Below, piece after piece: positions 47,848-57,877 of a stretch of DNA of 64,000 nt. Location of the stretch: assembly GCA_018971305.1 (NCBI GenBank), contig JAGXBC010000003.1, positions 28,325-92,324 on the forward strand, read 5' to 3'. This stretch comes from Patescibacteria group bacterium. GTDB lineage: Bacteria; Patescibacteriota; Minisyncoccia; UBA6257; 2-01-FULL-56-20. A model generated the notes under the pieces. It did not search any database. It was not told where the DNA came from and saw only the letters and a program-made list of their open reading frames with translations. Numbering within the stretch: the stretch's first letter is position 1; each line of letters starts with the position of its first letter. A program made the translations under genes and the position numbers.

Positions 47848-48219
47848 ATGAATAGAACGGCGGAGATAATCTTAAGGTGGGGTTTGGCATTCACATTTTT
47901 TTATGCCGCCATAGCCGGCCTTTTGAACCCCAATGATTGGATAGGTTATCTCCCGGGATTTTTGACCGCAACGTTTCCTGCCGGGCTGGTTCTTGCGGTT
48001 TTTTCTGTTTACGAAATCATCTTGGCGGTGCTGCTTTTCGCGGGGAGAAAACTCCGCTGGGCCTCGCTTTTGTCGGCGCTTACTTTCGCAGGCATTGTTA
48101 TCTCCAATATCGGCATTTTAGAGATAACCTTTCGTGACGTAGGGCTTATGATGGCAGCCCTCGCGTTATACGAGTTGGTTAAAAATAATAAAAATACCAA
48201 AGCGGAGGAAGAATTATGA
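47848..48219 (+). CDS. DoxX-family membrane protein
   Basis: LRWGLAF.F.YA...P..W...E....FRDVGL; 4 TMs. Confidence 0.75.
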   Translation: MNRTAEIILRWGLAFTFFYAAIAGLLNPNDWIGYLPGFLTATFPAGLVLAVFSVYEIILAVLLFAGRKLRWASLLSALTFAGIVISNIGILEITFRDVGLMMAALALYELVKNNKNTKAEEEL

Positions 48220-49247
48220 AGCGCTGGCTTAAGGTAATATTTTTGACGGCAGGTCCGCTTTTTTGTTTTTGGTCTGCGTATCCGGTTTATGCTCATGAGA
48301 ATTATGTTTTGACAAAGGAACAAATTAGCGCCGGAATGTCCGATTGGAGTATTAATGTCTGGGATGCCTTAAGGGACTCTCATAATTTGGCTATATCTTT
48401 GGAAGTTGGAGCAGGAATACTCGCCGTATTCGTATTATATTTTTTATTTGATAGGTCACGCTGGGGGGTCGCTCTCGACGGGAAAATCAGAGTTCTTGAG
48501 CCGTTAGGTGAGTGGCTCGTACGTTTCGCGGTCGGCGCCTCTCTAATCTACTCGGCAGCCACGCATGTTTTTTTAGGTCCGGAAATTCCTCTTGCTTCAA
48601 TACCGGGCGGGCAAATCTGGGAATGGGTTCTGTATGTCGTAGGCGCGCTTCTTATTCTTGGACTTTTTTCCCGTGTGGCAGGAGCCGTTTCTCTGCTGAT
48701 AATTTCCCTCGCTACGATAATTTACCGCGATTATATGCTTACCTATTTCAATTATTTTGGTGAGTTTGCCGCCCTTGTTTTATTCGGCTCGTATGTTTTT
48801 TCTCTTGACCGCTTGAGAGCTGCCGGGAAAAATATTTCCCGCAGAATTAAGGACTACGAAACAGCCATCTTGCGGATAACTTACGGAGTTTCCGTCTTAT
48901 ACCCGGCTATTTCAATTAAGCTTCTCCACCCGATAATAATCGTCCAGATAGTTAACCAATATCACTTAAACCAGATCCACTGGCTTTTCCCGCAGGATCC
49001 GCTTTTGATTTCTCTGGGTACGGGACTTGCTCAAATTCTCGTGGGATTGTTGATTATAATCGGTTTTGAAACGCGTCTCGCATCTTTCGCCACGCTTATT
49101 CTTTATATGATGTCAATTTTATATTTTAAGGAAACAGTTTGGCCGCATTATATATTGCTGGCGCTCGCATTATATTTTGTTATCAACGACGGCGGTGGTT
49201 TGACTCTGGATGCGAAGCTGAAACGTAAATCTTTTCCGGCTAATTAG
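48216..49247 (+). CDS. DoxX-like membrane protein (two repeats)
   Basis: AHE.YVL signal; two LR...G...GL..R..A...SLD/TLD units. Confidence 0.7.
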   Translation: MKRWLKVIFLTAGPLFCFWSAYPVYAHENYVLTKEQISAGMSDWSINVWDALRDSHNLAISLEVGAGILAVFVLYFLFDRSRWGVALDGKIRVLEPLGEWLVRFAVGASLIYSAATHVFLGPEIPLASIPGGQIWEWVLYVVGALLILGLFSRVAGAVSLLIISLATIIYRDYMLTYFNYFGEFAALVLFGSYVFSLDRLRAAGKNISRRIKDYETAILRITYGVSVLYPAISIKLLHPIIIVQIVNQYHLNQIHWLFPQDPLLISLGTGLAQILVGLLIIIGFETRLASFATLILYMMSILYFKETVWPHYILLALALYFVINDGGGLTLDAKLKRKSFPAN

Positions 49248-49284
49248 GCTTGCCAAGCATCTCCATATAGGCGAAACTGAAGCT

Positions 49285-50052
49285 ATGCATATTCTTCGCA
49301 CGAGATTCAAGAAGGAGATCGTTTCCGAATTTTTACCGCCTTTTCGGAGAGCGGATTGGAAACATGGCAGGATTATTATTTTCTGTTCAGGAATGCCATC
49401 CGTTCCGGCAAAAGGCGGGTTACTGGAATTTTGGTCCAAGAAAGGATACTGGGTGTTTTTGCCGCGTTATCGCGGTACCTGGGAAAGTGGGGGGAAATTT
49501 TTGCGTGTTTCGCCGGAGAAGGATATTATGGACGTCATAGACGGTCTTAGTAGTGGCATAAAAGATCTATGGGGTGGTCCTGGTGGTGGCAAGATTTATC
49601 GTCTGCATCCGAGGAAAATATTTATAATCGGCGGCAGTTTTGGCGGTCCGGCGGCGATACTCTGCTCGCGGGATAAGAGAGTGGTAAAGAGCGTTGCTAT
49701 CTCGCCGGTCATAGATTGGCGGGTAGATAGTAAAATTGAGCCGATGGGCATGCTTTCCAGGTTCACGCGCTCCGCATTCGGCGAGGCTTATCGTTTTTCG
49801 CAGAGCGATTGGAAGAGGTTGAGCGGTGGCAAGTTTTATAGTCCGGCAGAACATACCCGGGAAATAGACGGCAAAAAGATATTTATTATTCAAGCTAAAG
49901 ACGACAAATATGTTTTTTGGCAACCGGCAAGAAAATTTGCTAAATATACGGGTGCTAAACTTTTGCTCCTTAAAAAAGGCGGCCATCTATCGTTGGACAT
50001 CACGATGCAGCCAAGATTTTATAAACTAATCAGGAAGTTTATGAGGTCATGA
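49285..50052 (+). CDS. Alpha/beta hydrolase (S9-like)
   Basis: PRYRGTWES.G, GGSFGG nucleophile elbow, DD..V, GGH. Confidence 0.85.
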   Translation: MHILRTRFKKEIVSEFLPPFRRADWKHGRIIIFCSGMPSVPAKGGLLEFWSKKGYWVFLPRYRGTWESGGKFLRVSPEKDIMDVIDGLSSGIKDLWGGPGGGKIYRLHPRKIFIIGGSFGGPAAILCSRDKRVVKSVAISPVIDWRVDSKIEPMGMLSRFTRSAFGEAYRFSQSDWKRLSGGKFYSPAEHTREIDGKKIFIIQAKDDKYVFWQPARKFAKYTGAKLLLLKKGGHLSLDITMQPRFYKLIRKFMRS

Positions 50053-50807
50053 AAGTAGTTTCTTGGAATGTTAACGGATTGAGGTCCGTGCGGCGTAAGG
50101 GGCACGAGGATTTTCTTAAAGAATTCGGTGCAGATTTCGTTTGTCTGCAGGAAATAAAGGCGCAAAAAGAATATATGAACGAGGGTCTATTCGCCGAGGC
50201 GTCGACGCACTGTTATTTTAACGATGCCGACAAAAAAGGTTATAGCGGCGTTGCTATCTATACGAAACGCAAGCCGATAAAGATGTGGCAAGATATTGGG
50301 CACAAACGATTTGATAGCGAAGGGAGATTTTTGCGCCTGGATTATGATGATTTTACCCTTATAAATATCTATATCCCACACGGAGGGAGAGATAAAGAGA
50401 ACTTAGCTTATAAATTGGAGGTCTACGATTGTTTACTTCGTTATCTTAAAGATATCCAGGAAAACAACATTATAATGGTCGGAGATTTTAATATCGCGCA
50501 CGATGAAATCGATTTGGCTCGTCCCAAAGACAATCATGACAATATTATGTTTACGCGGGAAGAGAGGGCGCAGATAGACAAATTATTAGGATTTGGTTTC
50601 CTGGACACATTCAGGGAGATTTATAAAGATGGAGGCCACTTTACTTGGTGGCCCTACCGCCTTGATCTACGCGAGAGAAATATAGGTTGGAGGATAGATT
50701 ATATTTTTGTTTCACGATCAATCGCGGACAATTTGCGGGAAGTAGCTATTTTGAAAAATACGGCCGGTTCCGATCATTGCCCGATTACTGCGAAGTTAGT
50801 AATATAA
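50049..50807 (+). CDS. xth: Exodeoxyribonuclease III / AP endonuclease
   Basis: SWNVNGLR, LQEIK, GYSGVA, GDFNIAH, GWRIDY, SDHCP. Confidence 0.95.
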   Translation: MKVVSWNVNGLRSVRRKGHEDFLKEFGADFVCLQEIKAQKEYMNEGLFAEASTHCYFNDADKKGYSGVAIYTKRKPIKMWQDIGHKRFDSEGRFLRLDYDDFTLINIYIPHGGRDKENLAYKLEVYDCLLRYLKDIQENNIIMVGDFNIAHDEIDLARPKDNHDNIMFTREERAQIDKLLGFGFLDTFREIYKDGGHFTWWPYRLDLRERNIGWRIDYIFVSRSIADNLREVAILKNTAGSDHCPITAKLVI

Positions 50808-50811
50808 ATCC

Positions 50812-51807
50812 ATGAAACTCTCAATCGGCATCGTTGGTCTGCCGAATGTCGGCAAGTCCACGCTGTTCAAAATTTTGACGAAGCAGGATATAAACATCGC
50901 GAATTATCCTTTCGCGACCATAGACCCGAACGTGGGCGTAGTTCCTGTTCCTGACGAACGGCTCGCGAAACTCGCCGAGATGAGCCATTCCAAAAAAATT
51001 CTGCCGGCCGTGGTGGAATTTTACGATATTGCCGGGCTAGTAAAGGGAGCGAACAAAGGCGAGGGATTGGGAAATCAATTTCTCGCGAACATCCGTGAGA
51101 CACAGGCGATAGTTGTGGTTTTGCGGACATTTGAGAACTCTGAAATAATACACGTGGAAAATTCCGTGGATCCGATGAGAGACCTGGAAATAATAAATTC
51201 CGAACTTGCGTTGAAAGATCTGGAAACCGTAGATAAAAGATTGCAGAAACTGGAAGGGGAGGCAAGAACAGGAGACAAGAAAGCCGTAAGGAACCTTGAA
51301 ATTCTTAAAGCTGTTAAGGAGGAACTAAACAAAGGTAATTTAACAATTAAATTCGCCGACGAAGAGATAATGAAAGAATTGCAACTTTTAACGGGGAAAA
51401 AACAACTATATTTATTGAATGGGCCGGCGGAAGGAGCAACGAAGCAGTTGCTGGACAAGATAAAATCCCTCGGCGGCGATTATTTGGCCTCGGATCTCGG
51501 TAACACCAACGTGATTCCGGAATTAATTAAGGAGGCCTACAAGGTGTTGGGATTGATAAGCTTTCTTACGACAGGCGAAGACGAAACGCGCGCTTGGACT
51601 ATACAAGATGGCGCTAAAGCCCCGCAGGCCGCCGGAGTTATTCACACGGATTTCGAAAAGAATTTTATCCGCGCCGAGGTGGTCAATTGGCAAAAATTAT
51701 TGGAAGCCGGCAGCTGGGTTAATGCCAAACAGAAGGGATTGATAAAATTGGAAGGCAAGGATTATGTTATTCAGGACGGAGACGTGGTCGTTGTAAGGCA
51801 TGGATAA
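50812..51807 (+). CDS. ychF: Redox-regulated ATPase YchF
   Basis: GIVGLPNVGKST, NYPFATIDPN, DIAGLVKGA..GEGLGNQFL, TGS domain. Confidence 0.96.
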   Translation: MKLSIGIVGLPNVGKSTLFKILTKQDINIANYPFATIDPNVGVVPVPDERLAKLAEMSHSKKILPAVVEFYDIAGLVKGANKGEGLGNQFLANIRETQAIVVVLRTFENSEIIHVENSVDPMRDLEIINSELALKDLETVDKRLQKLEGEARTGDKKAVRNLEILKAVKEELNKGNLTIKFADEEIMKELQLLTGKKQLYLLNGPAEGATKQLLDKIKSLGGDYLASDLGNTNVIPELIKEAYKVLGLISFLTTGEDETRAWTIQDGAKAPQAAGVIHTDFEKNFIRAEVVNWQKLLEAGSWVNAKQKGLIKLEGKDYVIQDGDVVVVRHG

Positions 51808-51891
51808 ATATTTTTGATAATGGCGATTGACTTACGTGCACGACCAATTCTATACTCAGTCTAGATATTACTGTTGGAAAAGGGGTGTTAT

Positions 51892-52476
51892 ATGTTTGAG
51901 GCCGTCCTTATCTATATCGATATAATAATCGGTATCGGGGTACTAATTATTCTTTGTAACAGATTGATTCTGTGGCCAGAAGCAGAGCTTCCTAATTGGG
52001 ATACCGAGGGTAGGAAGTTGTTGAAAACAACATTTGACGAGGTGTGGTTTCTTGCGTGTCGCAAGAAGCAGATATCCTGCAAGAAGCCAAAGGCTGTAAC
52101 CTTACAGAATTATCGCCTCCAATATAATTCTTTAGCAGAAGCCCATCAGAAATATATAATATTTATGAGGGCTTTTCTCACCGTTAAGACGGCACAGGAT
52201 AGGCAATTCGTTATTGGTCACGAAATCGGTCATATTGTTCTGGGACACGTTGATATTCCCGACAAACTAAAAGATAAAGAACTATGCGAACGCGAGGCCT
52301 ATTTATTTTCCGCCAGTTTATTTGATAATGGTTTAGAATTACTTAGGAATGAAATGCATAGAATTGATGAACGACGCAGACTTCGTCTTTATCGTTTGTC
52401 TTTTGGGAGGTATTTTGTCGGGGGAATATATAAGAAGGCACTACGTCGCGCAATCTCTATAATGGCTACGCAGTAA
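51892..52476 (+). CDS. Hypothetical membrane-anchored zinc metallopeptidase-like protein
   Basis: N-terminal TM; HEIGH plus downstream E.EA. Confidence 0.6.
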   Translation: MFEAVLIYIDIIIGIGVLIILCNRLILWPEAELPNWDTEGRKLLKTTFDEVWFLACRKKQISCKKPKAVTLQNYRLQYNSLAEAHQKYIIFMRAFLTVKTAQDRQFVIGHEIGHIVLGHVDIPDKLKDKELCEREAYLFSASLFDNGLELLRNEMHRIDERRRLRLYRLSFGRYFVGGIYKKALRRAISIMATQ

Positions 52477-52479
52477 ACC

Positions 52480-53085
52480 TTAACCCCGTTTTTCCAGCGC
52501 CGACCCCAGTGTTTCGTCGTCGGCGAATTCAATTTCGCCGCCGGTAGGTAAGCCGCGACCCAAGCGGCTTATTTTTTTAGAGAAAGGTTCAAGTTCTTTG
52601 GTTATGAGCGAGGCGTGGAAATCGCCTAAGCTCGTGGGATTGAAGGCAAGAACTATTTCCTCCGCTTTCTTGCCGGGCAATTCTTTTTCTATGAAACTTT
52701 TCAGGTTCTGCAGGCGAAGTTTTTGCCAGTCGTTCATAAGTCCGGTTTTGGGAATTTCGCCCAGGATCAAATAACGGCCTGTAAATTTCCCCGTGTTTTC
52801 CAGCGAGATAAGGTCGGTTTCTTTTTCAACAATAACTATAATGCTTTGCTTGCGCGCTGGATTTCTGCAGATATCGCAGAGGCCATCTTTGTTTTGGTGG
52901 ACAAAAAAACAGCGCTCGCATGTTTTTATCTGCCGCAGGTCGTCAACGCTTTTCGCCAAGCCGCGTATGTTCTGTTCGCCTCGGCCTACAAGATAAAAAG
53001 CGAGCCGCATGGCTTGGCGCGGTCCGATGGATGGCAATTCGCTTAGTTCGTCCGCGAGATTTTTAATAGCCTCCGGCAGTTTCAT
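52480..53085 (-). CDS. recR: Recombination protein RecR
   Basis: LPSIGPRQA.RLA, C4 zinc finger, Toprim, GLPTGGEIEFAD..TL. Confidence 0.95.
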   Translation of the reverse strand: MKLPEAIKNLADELSELPSIGPRQAMRLAFYLVGRGEQNIRGLAKSVDDLRQIKTCERCFFVHQNKDGLCDICRNPARKQSIIVIVEKETDLISLENTGKFTGRYLILGEIPKTGLMNDWQKLRLQNLKSFIEKELPGKKAEEIVLAFNPTSLGDFHASLITKELEPFSKKISRLGRGLPTGGEIEFADDETLGSALEKRG

Positions 53086-54430
53086 TGTTATGTATTCTGT
53101 CTATATTTTTGAAAGATACGCGTTCGGCATCAAATCTTAGGTTAACGCTGCCAATCGGACCGTTTCTGTGCTTGGCGATATTGATTTGCGCCATATTCTG
53201 TTCTTCAATAGGCACGTCAATTCTGTCGCGGTCTTTGCGGTAGATGAACATAACAACGTCGGCGTCTTGTTCAATACTTCCGGATTCCCTGAGGTCCGAC
53301 AGTTTCGGGACTTTGTTATCGCGCTGATCCACGGCCCGGGAAAGCTGGGAAACGGCGAGAACGGGGACTTTGAGTTCGCGAGCAAGAGCTTTCAGGCTCC
53401 GGGAAATTTCCGTGACCTGGGCTACCATATTATCGCTTGAGGTTCTTGGACGGATAAGCTGGAGATAGTCAACGATAAGAAGTCCCAACCCGTGCTCAAC
53501 CTGAAGGCGCCTGGCCATTGAACGCATCTGCATTATATTCAAAGATGGCGTGTCGTCTATAAAGATCGCCGTATTGGAAAGCTTGTCCAGGGAATTCTGG
53601 ATCATGGAAAATTCCGTATCGTCGGCTATCCTCCCGGTTAATATTTTCCAGAGAGGTACTTGCGATTCTGCCGAAATAATTCTGTCTATTACTTGTTCCC
53701 GCGACATTTCCAAAGAAAATATGCCTACAGGCAGGCCGCTTTTTATAGCCGCGTTGCGGGCTATGTCCAATACCAGAGAGGTTTTCCCCAAAGACGGCCT
53801 CGCGCCAAGGACAACGAGTTCCGATTTCTGCAAGCCGCCCAGGATATTATCCAGTTCGTTGAATCCCGTGGGAATGCCGCGAATCTTGCCTCCGCCGCGA
53901 TGCAAGGTCTCTATTCTTTCATAGGCAGTTTTCAATTCTTCTTTGAGATTCACAAAATTTTGCGGCAGAGATTTTTGCGAGATGGACAGGATTTTTTGCT
54001 CAATGTTATCCAGTATATCTTCCATTTCGCCTGATGGGCTGAAAACATCTTCGGTAATCTCTGCTGAGGCCCGGATAAGATCGCGCAGAACTTTTTTATC
54101 TTTTACAGTTTTGGCGTAATCGGTGATGTTTGAAGCGGTGGCCACCTGGTTGGTGAGATCCGCTATATACGAGGAGCCACCGATTTCTTTCAACAGCTCT
54201 TGTTCTTTAAGGCGGCTACTGACTGTGAGAAGGTCTATCGGCTGATGTTTTTCGTAAAGCTCCATGATGATGCTGAAAATCTTTTCATGTTTCGGGTCGT
54301 AGAAATCGGACGGTGTTAAAATATCCGCTACGCGGAAGATTGCGTTTTTGTCTATTAAAATTCCGCCCAAGACGGCCTGCTCGGCTTCAAGGTTCTGCGG
54401 CGGGAGTTTTAGATTTGATTTTTTGGCCAT
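53063..54430 (-). CDS. dnaB: Replicative DNA helicase
   Basis: PPQNLEAEQAVLG, GARPSLGKT, FSLEMS, DYLQL, SDLRESGSIEQDAD. Confidence 0.97.
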   Translation of the reverse strand: MAKKSNLKLPPQNLEAEQAVLGGILIDKNAIFRVADILTPSDFYDPKHEKIFSIIMELYEKHQPIDLLTVSSRLKEQELLKEIGGSSYIADLTNQVATASNITDYAKTVKDKKVLRDLIRASAEITEDVFSPSGEMEDILDNIEQKILSISQKSLPQNFVNLKEELKTAYERIETLHRGGGKIRGIPTGFNELDNILGGLQKSELVVLGARPSLGKTSLVLDIARNAAIKSGLPVGIFSLEMSREQVIDRIISAESQVPLWKILTGRIADDTEFSMIQNSLDKLSNTAIFIDDTPSLNIMQMRSMARRLQVEHGLGLLIVDYLQLIRPRTSSDNMVAQVTEISRSLKALARELKVPVLAVSQLSRAVDQRDNKVPKLSDLRESGSIEQDADVVMFIYRKDRDRIDVPIEEQNMAQINIAKHRNGPIGSVNLRFDAERVSFKNIDRIHNNETAGGY

Positions 54431-55812
54431 AAGAACGGTCCCTTAGGAGTATCCTCAATTACGTATCCTAAACTATCTATTTCTTTTCTCAAGGCGTCGG
54501 ACTGGACAAACTGTTTATTAACTCTGAACGTTTCACGCTCGGAGGCCAATTGCCAGGCTTTTGCAGGAATTTCCGGTGACTTAAAAGAGAATCCCAGAGC
54601 CGCGAATTTTCCCTTGAGGTATTTCGCCAGTGATTTGGCGGTATCGGGCTCTATGGTCCAAATCTTGGGTTGGAGTTCCAGTATGGCATTGAATATATGG
54701 GCAATAGCTGTCGGAGTATTGATATCGTCGGCAAGGGCCGATGCGAATGCGATATCAGTTTTCTTTTCAATAGGATTATCGCCCCTAGGCGAATCTTCCG
54801 AAATATTTTTTGAGGAGAATTCCAACCCGGCCAAGAATTTTTGTGTACCGTCTATGGCAGACTTTGCCTGCCTGGCGCTTTCATCGGAGTAATCAATAGG
54901 GGAGCGGTAGTGGTGCGTGAGCGTTATCCAGCGCAAAACATCGGGTGGATATTTTTTTAAGAAATCACGGATAGTTATAAAATTTCCCAAACTTTTGGAC
55001 ATTTTCTTACCTTCAACGAGCAGGACTCCGGTGTGTATCCACAGTTTCACAAATGGCTTCAAGCCCGATGCCGATTCTTGCTGGGCCATTTCTGCTTCGT
55101 GATGGGGGAAAACCAGGTCCACGCCGCCACCGTGGATATCATATTGCGGGCCGAAATATTTTTCCGTTATCGCCGTGTCTTCAATGTGCCAGCCGGGCCT
55201 GCCGTCTCCGAGATTTTTTTCCGGCCAAACCGGTTCATTCGGTTTGGAAAACTTCCAAAGACAGAAATCCCCTTTGTTGCGCTTATTGATAGATTCGTCG
55301 ATCCGAGACAGGGCATCCTCTGCTTGTGTAGCCGTTCTGCCCGAGAGCTTTCCGTACTCTTTATCTTTAGAAATATCAAAGTACCAGCCATCGCCGTCTA
55401 TCTTATAGGCGAAGCCTTTTTCGATGAGTCGTTCAACCTGGGAAATAATCTGAGGGATAAACTTTGTGGCCGGGGCGTAATTGGTTATAGCGTCTACTCC
55501 CAGCGTTTCCATATCCTCCAGATATTTTTCGGTAAAAAATTTAGAAAGCTCTTCGGCCGTTTTATTTTCTTCCGCCGCGCGTTTGATTATTTTGTCGTCA
55601 ACGTCGGTTATGTTCTGAAGATACTCCACTTCGTATCCCTGCGAGCGCAAATATTTCGCTAAAAAATCAAAAAATATGTAAGTTCGAGCGTGGCCGATAT
55701 GAGCGTAGTCGTAGACTGTTGGGCCGCAGACAAAAACCTTCAGCGGTTTGCCAGCTTGCGGTTCCGGCAGCGGTTCTTTTTTGCGTGTGAGAGTGTTATA
55801 AATTTTAATCAT
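54409..55812 (-). CDS. cysS: Cysteine--tRNA ligase
   Basis: CGPTVYD..HIGH, GRPGWHIE, DIHGGG.DL.FPHHE, KMSKS. Confidence 0.97.
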   Translation of the reverse strand: MIKIYNTLTRKKEPLPEPQAGKPLKVFVCGPTVYDYAHIGHARTYIFFDFLAKYLRSQGYEVEYLQNITDVDDKIIKRAAEENKTAEELSKFFTEKYLEDMETLGVDAITNYAPATKFIPQIISQVERLIEKGFAYKIDGDGWYFDISKDKEYGKLSGRTATQAEDALSRIDESINKRNKGDFCLWKFSKPNEPVWPEKNLGDGRPGWHIEDTAITEKYFGPQYDIHGGGVDLVFPHHEAEMAQQESASGLKPFVKLWIHTGVLLVEGKKMSKSLGNFITIRDFLKKYPPDVLRWITLTHHYRSPIDYSDESARQAKSAIDGTQKFLAGLEFSSKNISEDSPRGDNPIEKKTDIAFASALADDINTPTAIAHIFNAILELQPKIWTIEPDTAKSLAKYLKGKFAALGFSFKSPEIPAKAWQLASERETFRVNKQFVQSDALRKEIDSLGYVIEDTPKGPFLWPKNQI

Positions 55813-55814
55813 TT

Positions 55815-56861
55815 TTAGGGGTGTAGATAGAATGCTATACCAATAATGGCATAAGCGGCAACCAGTTGCAGTCCTTCCAGCCAGTTGCTTTCACCGTCGG
55901 CGACTACGAGATTTACCAAGATGATGGAAAGTACAATAGAAACCAGTTCAAAAAGATTAAAGATAATGCTCATTTGAGTCGTGAAGAAGAGACTGACGAT
56001 TACAAGGAACGGCGCGACGAACATTATGATTTGCGTTGCTGAACCGATGGCCACCTGCAGAGCCAGATCCATTCTGTTTTTCATAGCCATGGTGATGGCA
56101 GAGGTGTGTTCAGCGGCGTTGCCGATAATGGCCACGAAGATTACGCCGATAAACAGTTCCGTCCAGCCAAATGTTTTAACCATGGGCTCTATGGAATTTA
56201 CGAGCAATTCGCTTACCCAGGAAACAGCCAAAGTCGCGAATAGAAGAATAAGCACGCTTTTTTTATTGCTCCAGCGGGGTTCAAGTTTTACCTCTTCTTC
56301 GGTGTAAAGATGTTTGTGGGTAAAAAGAGAGAACCACAATCCCGAGGCGTAGAGAGTGATAATAAGTATAGCCACGAAGATGCTTAGCTCTTCAACCGTG
56401 TTTACGCTCAACCCCTGGGCCGTTTGTGAAAATATTGCCGGTATAGTGAGTGCTATTGCGGCTAAGAACAAAGCAGAGCCGCTCGCCATTGCTGCGGTTC
56501 TGTTAAATTCCTGTTTCTTGTGCCGCAGGCCGCCAAGGAACATCGCTGTTCCGAGTACGAGTAATAAGTTTCCGATAACAGAACCAGTGATAGAAGCCCT
56601 GACAACTTCTATAAGTCCTGCTTTGATCGCAAGAATGCCGATAATAAGTTCCACGGCGTTGCCGAAAGTAGCGTTCAAAAGTCCGCCCCAGGCCGGTCCC
56701 GTGCGCGCGGATAATTCTTCCGTGGCCTCGCCTATGTATTTAGCGAGGGGTATGATAGCTATCGCCGACAAGAAGAAAATATATATCGGCGGCATTCCGA
56801 AAAATTGTCCGATGACGGTCAGGGGGACGAATGCAAGTAAGGCAAGGAAGAACTTGTCCAT
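55815..56861 (-). CDS. cax: Calcium/proton exchanger (CAX)
   Basis: GGLLNATFGNAVE and GNAAEH alpha-repeat motifs. Confidence 0.93.
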   Translation of the reverse strand: MDKFFLALLAFVPLTVIGQFFGMPPIYIFFLSAIAIIPLAKYIGEATEELSARTGPAWGGLLNATFGNAVELIIGILAIKAGLIEVVRASITGSVIGNLLLVLGTAMFLGGLRHKKQEFNRTAAMASGSALFLAAIALTIPAIFSQTAQGLSVNTVEELSIFVAILIITLYASGLWFSLFTHKHLYTEEEVKLEPRWSNKKSVLILLFATLAVSWVSELLVNSIEPMVKTFGWTELFIGVIFVAIIGNAAEHTSAITMAMKNRMDLALQVAIGSATQIIMFVAPFLVIVSLFFTTQMSIIFNLFELVSIVLSIILVNLVVADGESNWLEGLQLVAAYAIIGIAFYLHP

Positions 56862-56876
56862 CTTTAAAGTTTGCCT

Positions 56877-57761
56877 TTATAACCAGCCCCTCTTTTTGAA
56901 ATATATTACAAGAGAAATCATCGCCGCCGCCATAAATCCGAAAACTATCCAGAAAGCGTTGGGGGTATTTATTAGCGGCGTGTCTTTGGTGTTCATGCTG
57001 AAGATAGCCGCTATGAGCATAAAAGGGAATGTTAAGAATGAGAGAGTGGTAAAGGTTTGCATTACCGCATTTATTTTCAAGTCCATCAGCTGATTATTGG
57101 TGTCTTCAAAGTCGGAAATTGTCTCGCGATAGTCGTCGGTGTGGCCGATTATCTTCAGATGGTCGCCGACCAGGTCGTTCAGATAAACTTCGGAATCCGC
57201 TCCCCAGAAATATTTTCCGCGCTGGGCGAAAGAGCGGAGGAGCGAGCCCTGGTGGCGGACGATAATTCTGTATTCAGAAATGTCGCGTTTGAGCCGCGAA
57301 ACCATTTTCAAAACCTCTTTCTCTTTATCTTTAAACAATTCTTTGCTTACTATTTCAACTTTTTCTCCCACATGGCGCAACTGCCGTTCTTCGAAATCCA
57401 TGAGAGCGCTTATGATTTTATAAATCAGTTTGTAGGAATTGGCCTCAGATTTTGTTTTGAGGTCGGAAAGAGCTTCAAGTTTTTCATAATGGACGGTAAT
57501 GATTGCATTTTTGGTTATAATAAAATCTATTTCCGTTCTGTGGGAAGTTTGTTCTTCTTTGTCGTAAATAGGGAAATAATAGATCAGATAAAGATAGTGG
57601 CCATAATCCTCAACTCGCGCGCGCGCCGACGGTCCCTTCAATTCTTCCAAAATAACCGGATGGATGCGGAAATTTTTTTTGAGCCAGTTCAGGTCTGTTT
57701 TGGTGGGGCGGAAAATATCGGTCCATGTTGCGCCGGATTTTTTCTGATTATTTTTAGGCAT
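56877..57761 (-). CDS. corA: CorA-family divalent cation transporter
   Basis: W.DI..P, N..M..FT..S..T, IFSMN (GMN variant), KKRGWL. Confidence 0.85.
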   Translation of the reverse strand: MPKNNQKKSGATWTDIFRPTKTDLNWLKKNFRIHPVILEELKGPSARARVEDYGHYLYLIYYFPIYDKEEQTSHRTEIDFIITKNAIITVHYEKLEALSDLKTKSEANSYKLIYKIISALMDFEERQLRHVGEKVEIVSKELFKDKEKEVLKMVSRLKRDISEYRIIVRHQGSLLRSFAQRGKYFWGADSEVYLNDLVGDHLKIIGHTDDYRETISDFEDTNNQLMDLKINAVMQTFTTLSFLTFPFMLIAAIFSMNTKDTPLINTPNAFWIVFGFMAAAMISLVIYFKKRGWL

Positions 57762-57829
57762 AGTGTAATTATAGCAAAGCGAGGCTAATTATATAAAAAA
57801 CCTCCATAAGTGCCTTACGTTTTGTTGTT

Positions 57830-57870
57830 TATTGGCAATCGCTTGACATGATTGCCAATAGGTTTATAAT
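57830..57870 (+). promoter_or_regulatory. Variant CIRCE operator overlapping the sigma70 promoter of the hrcA operon
   Basis: TATTGGCAATC-N9-GATTGCCAATA; TTGACA 57843-57848; TATAAT 57865-57870. Confidence 0.85.
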
Positions 57871-57877
57871 AACGGTA

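Noticed and set aside
55033-57788. Long plus-strand ORFs opposite cysS, cax and corA (and similar ones opposite dnaE and dnaK)
   Set aside because: Shadow ORFs of well-supported genes with no recognisable protein features
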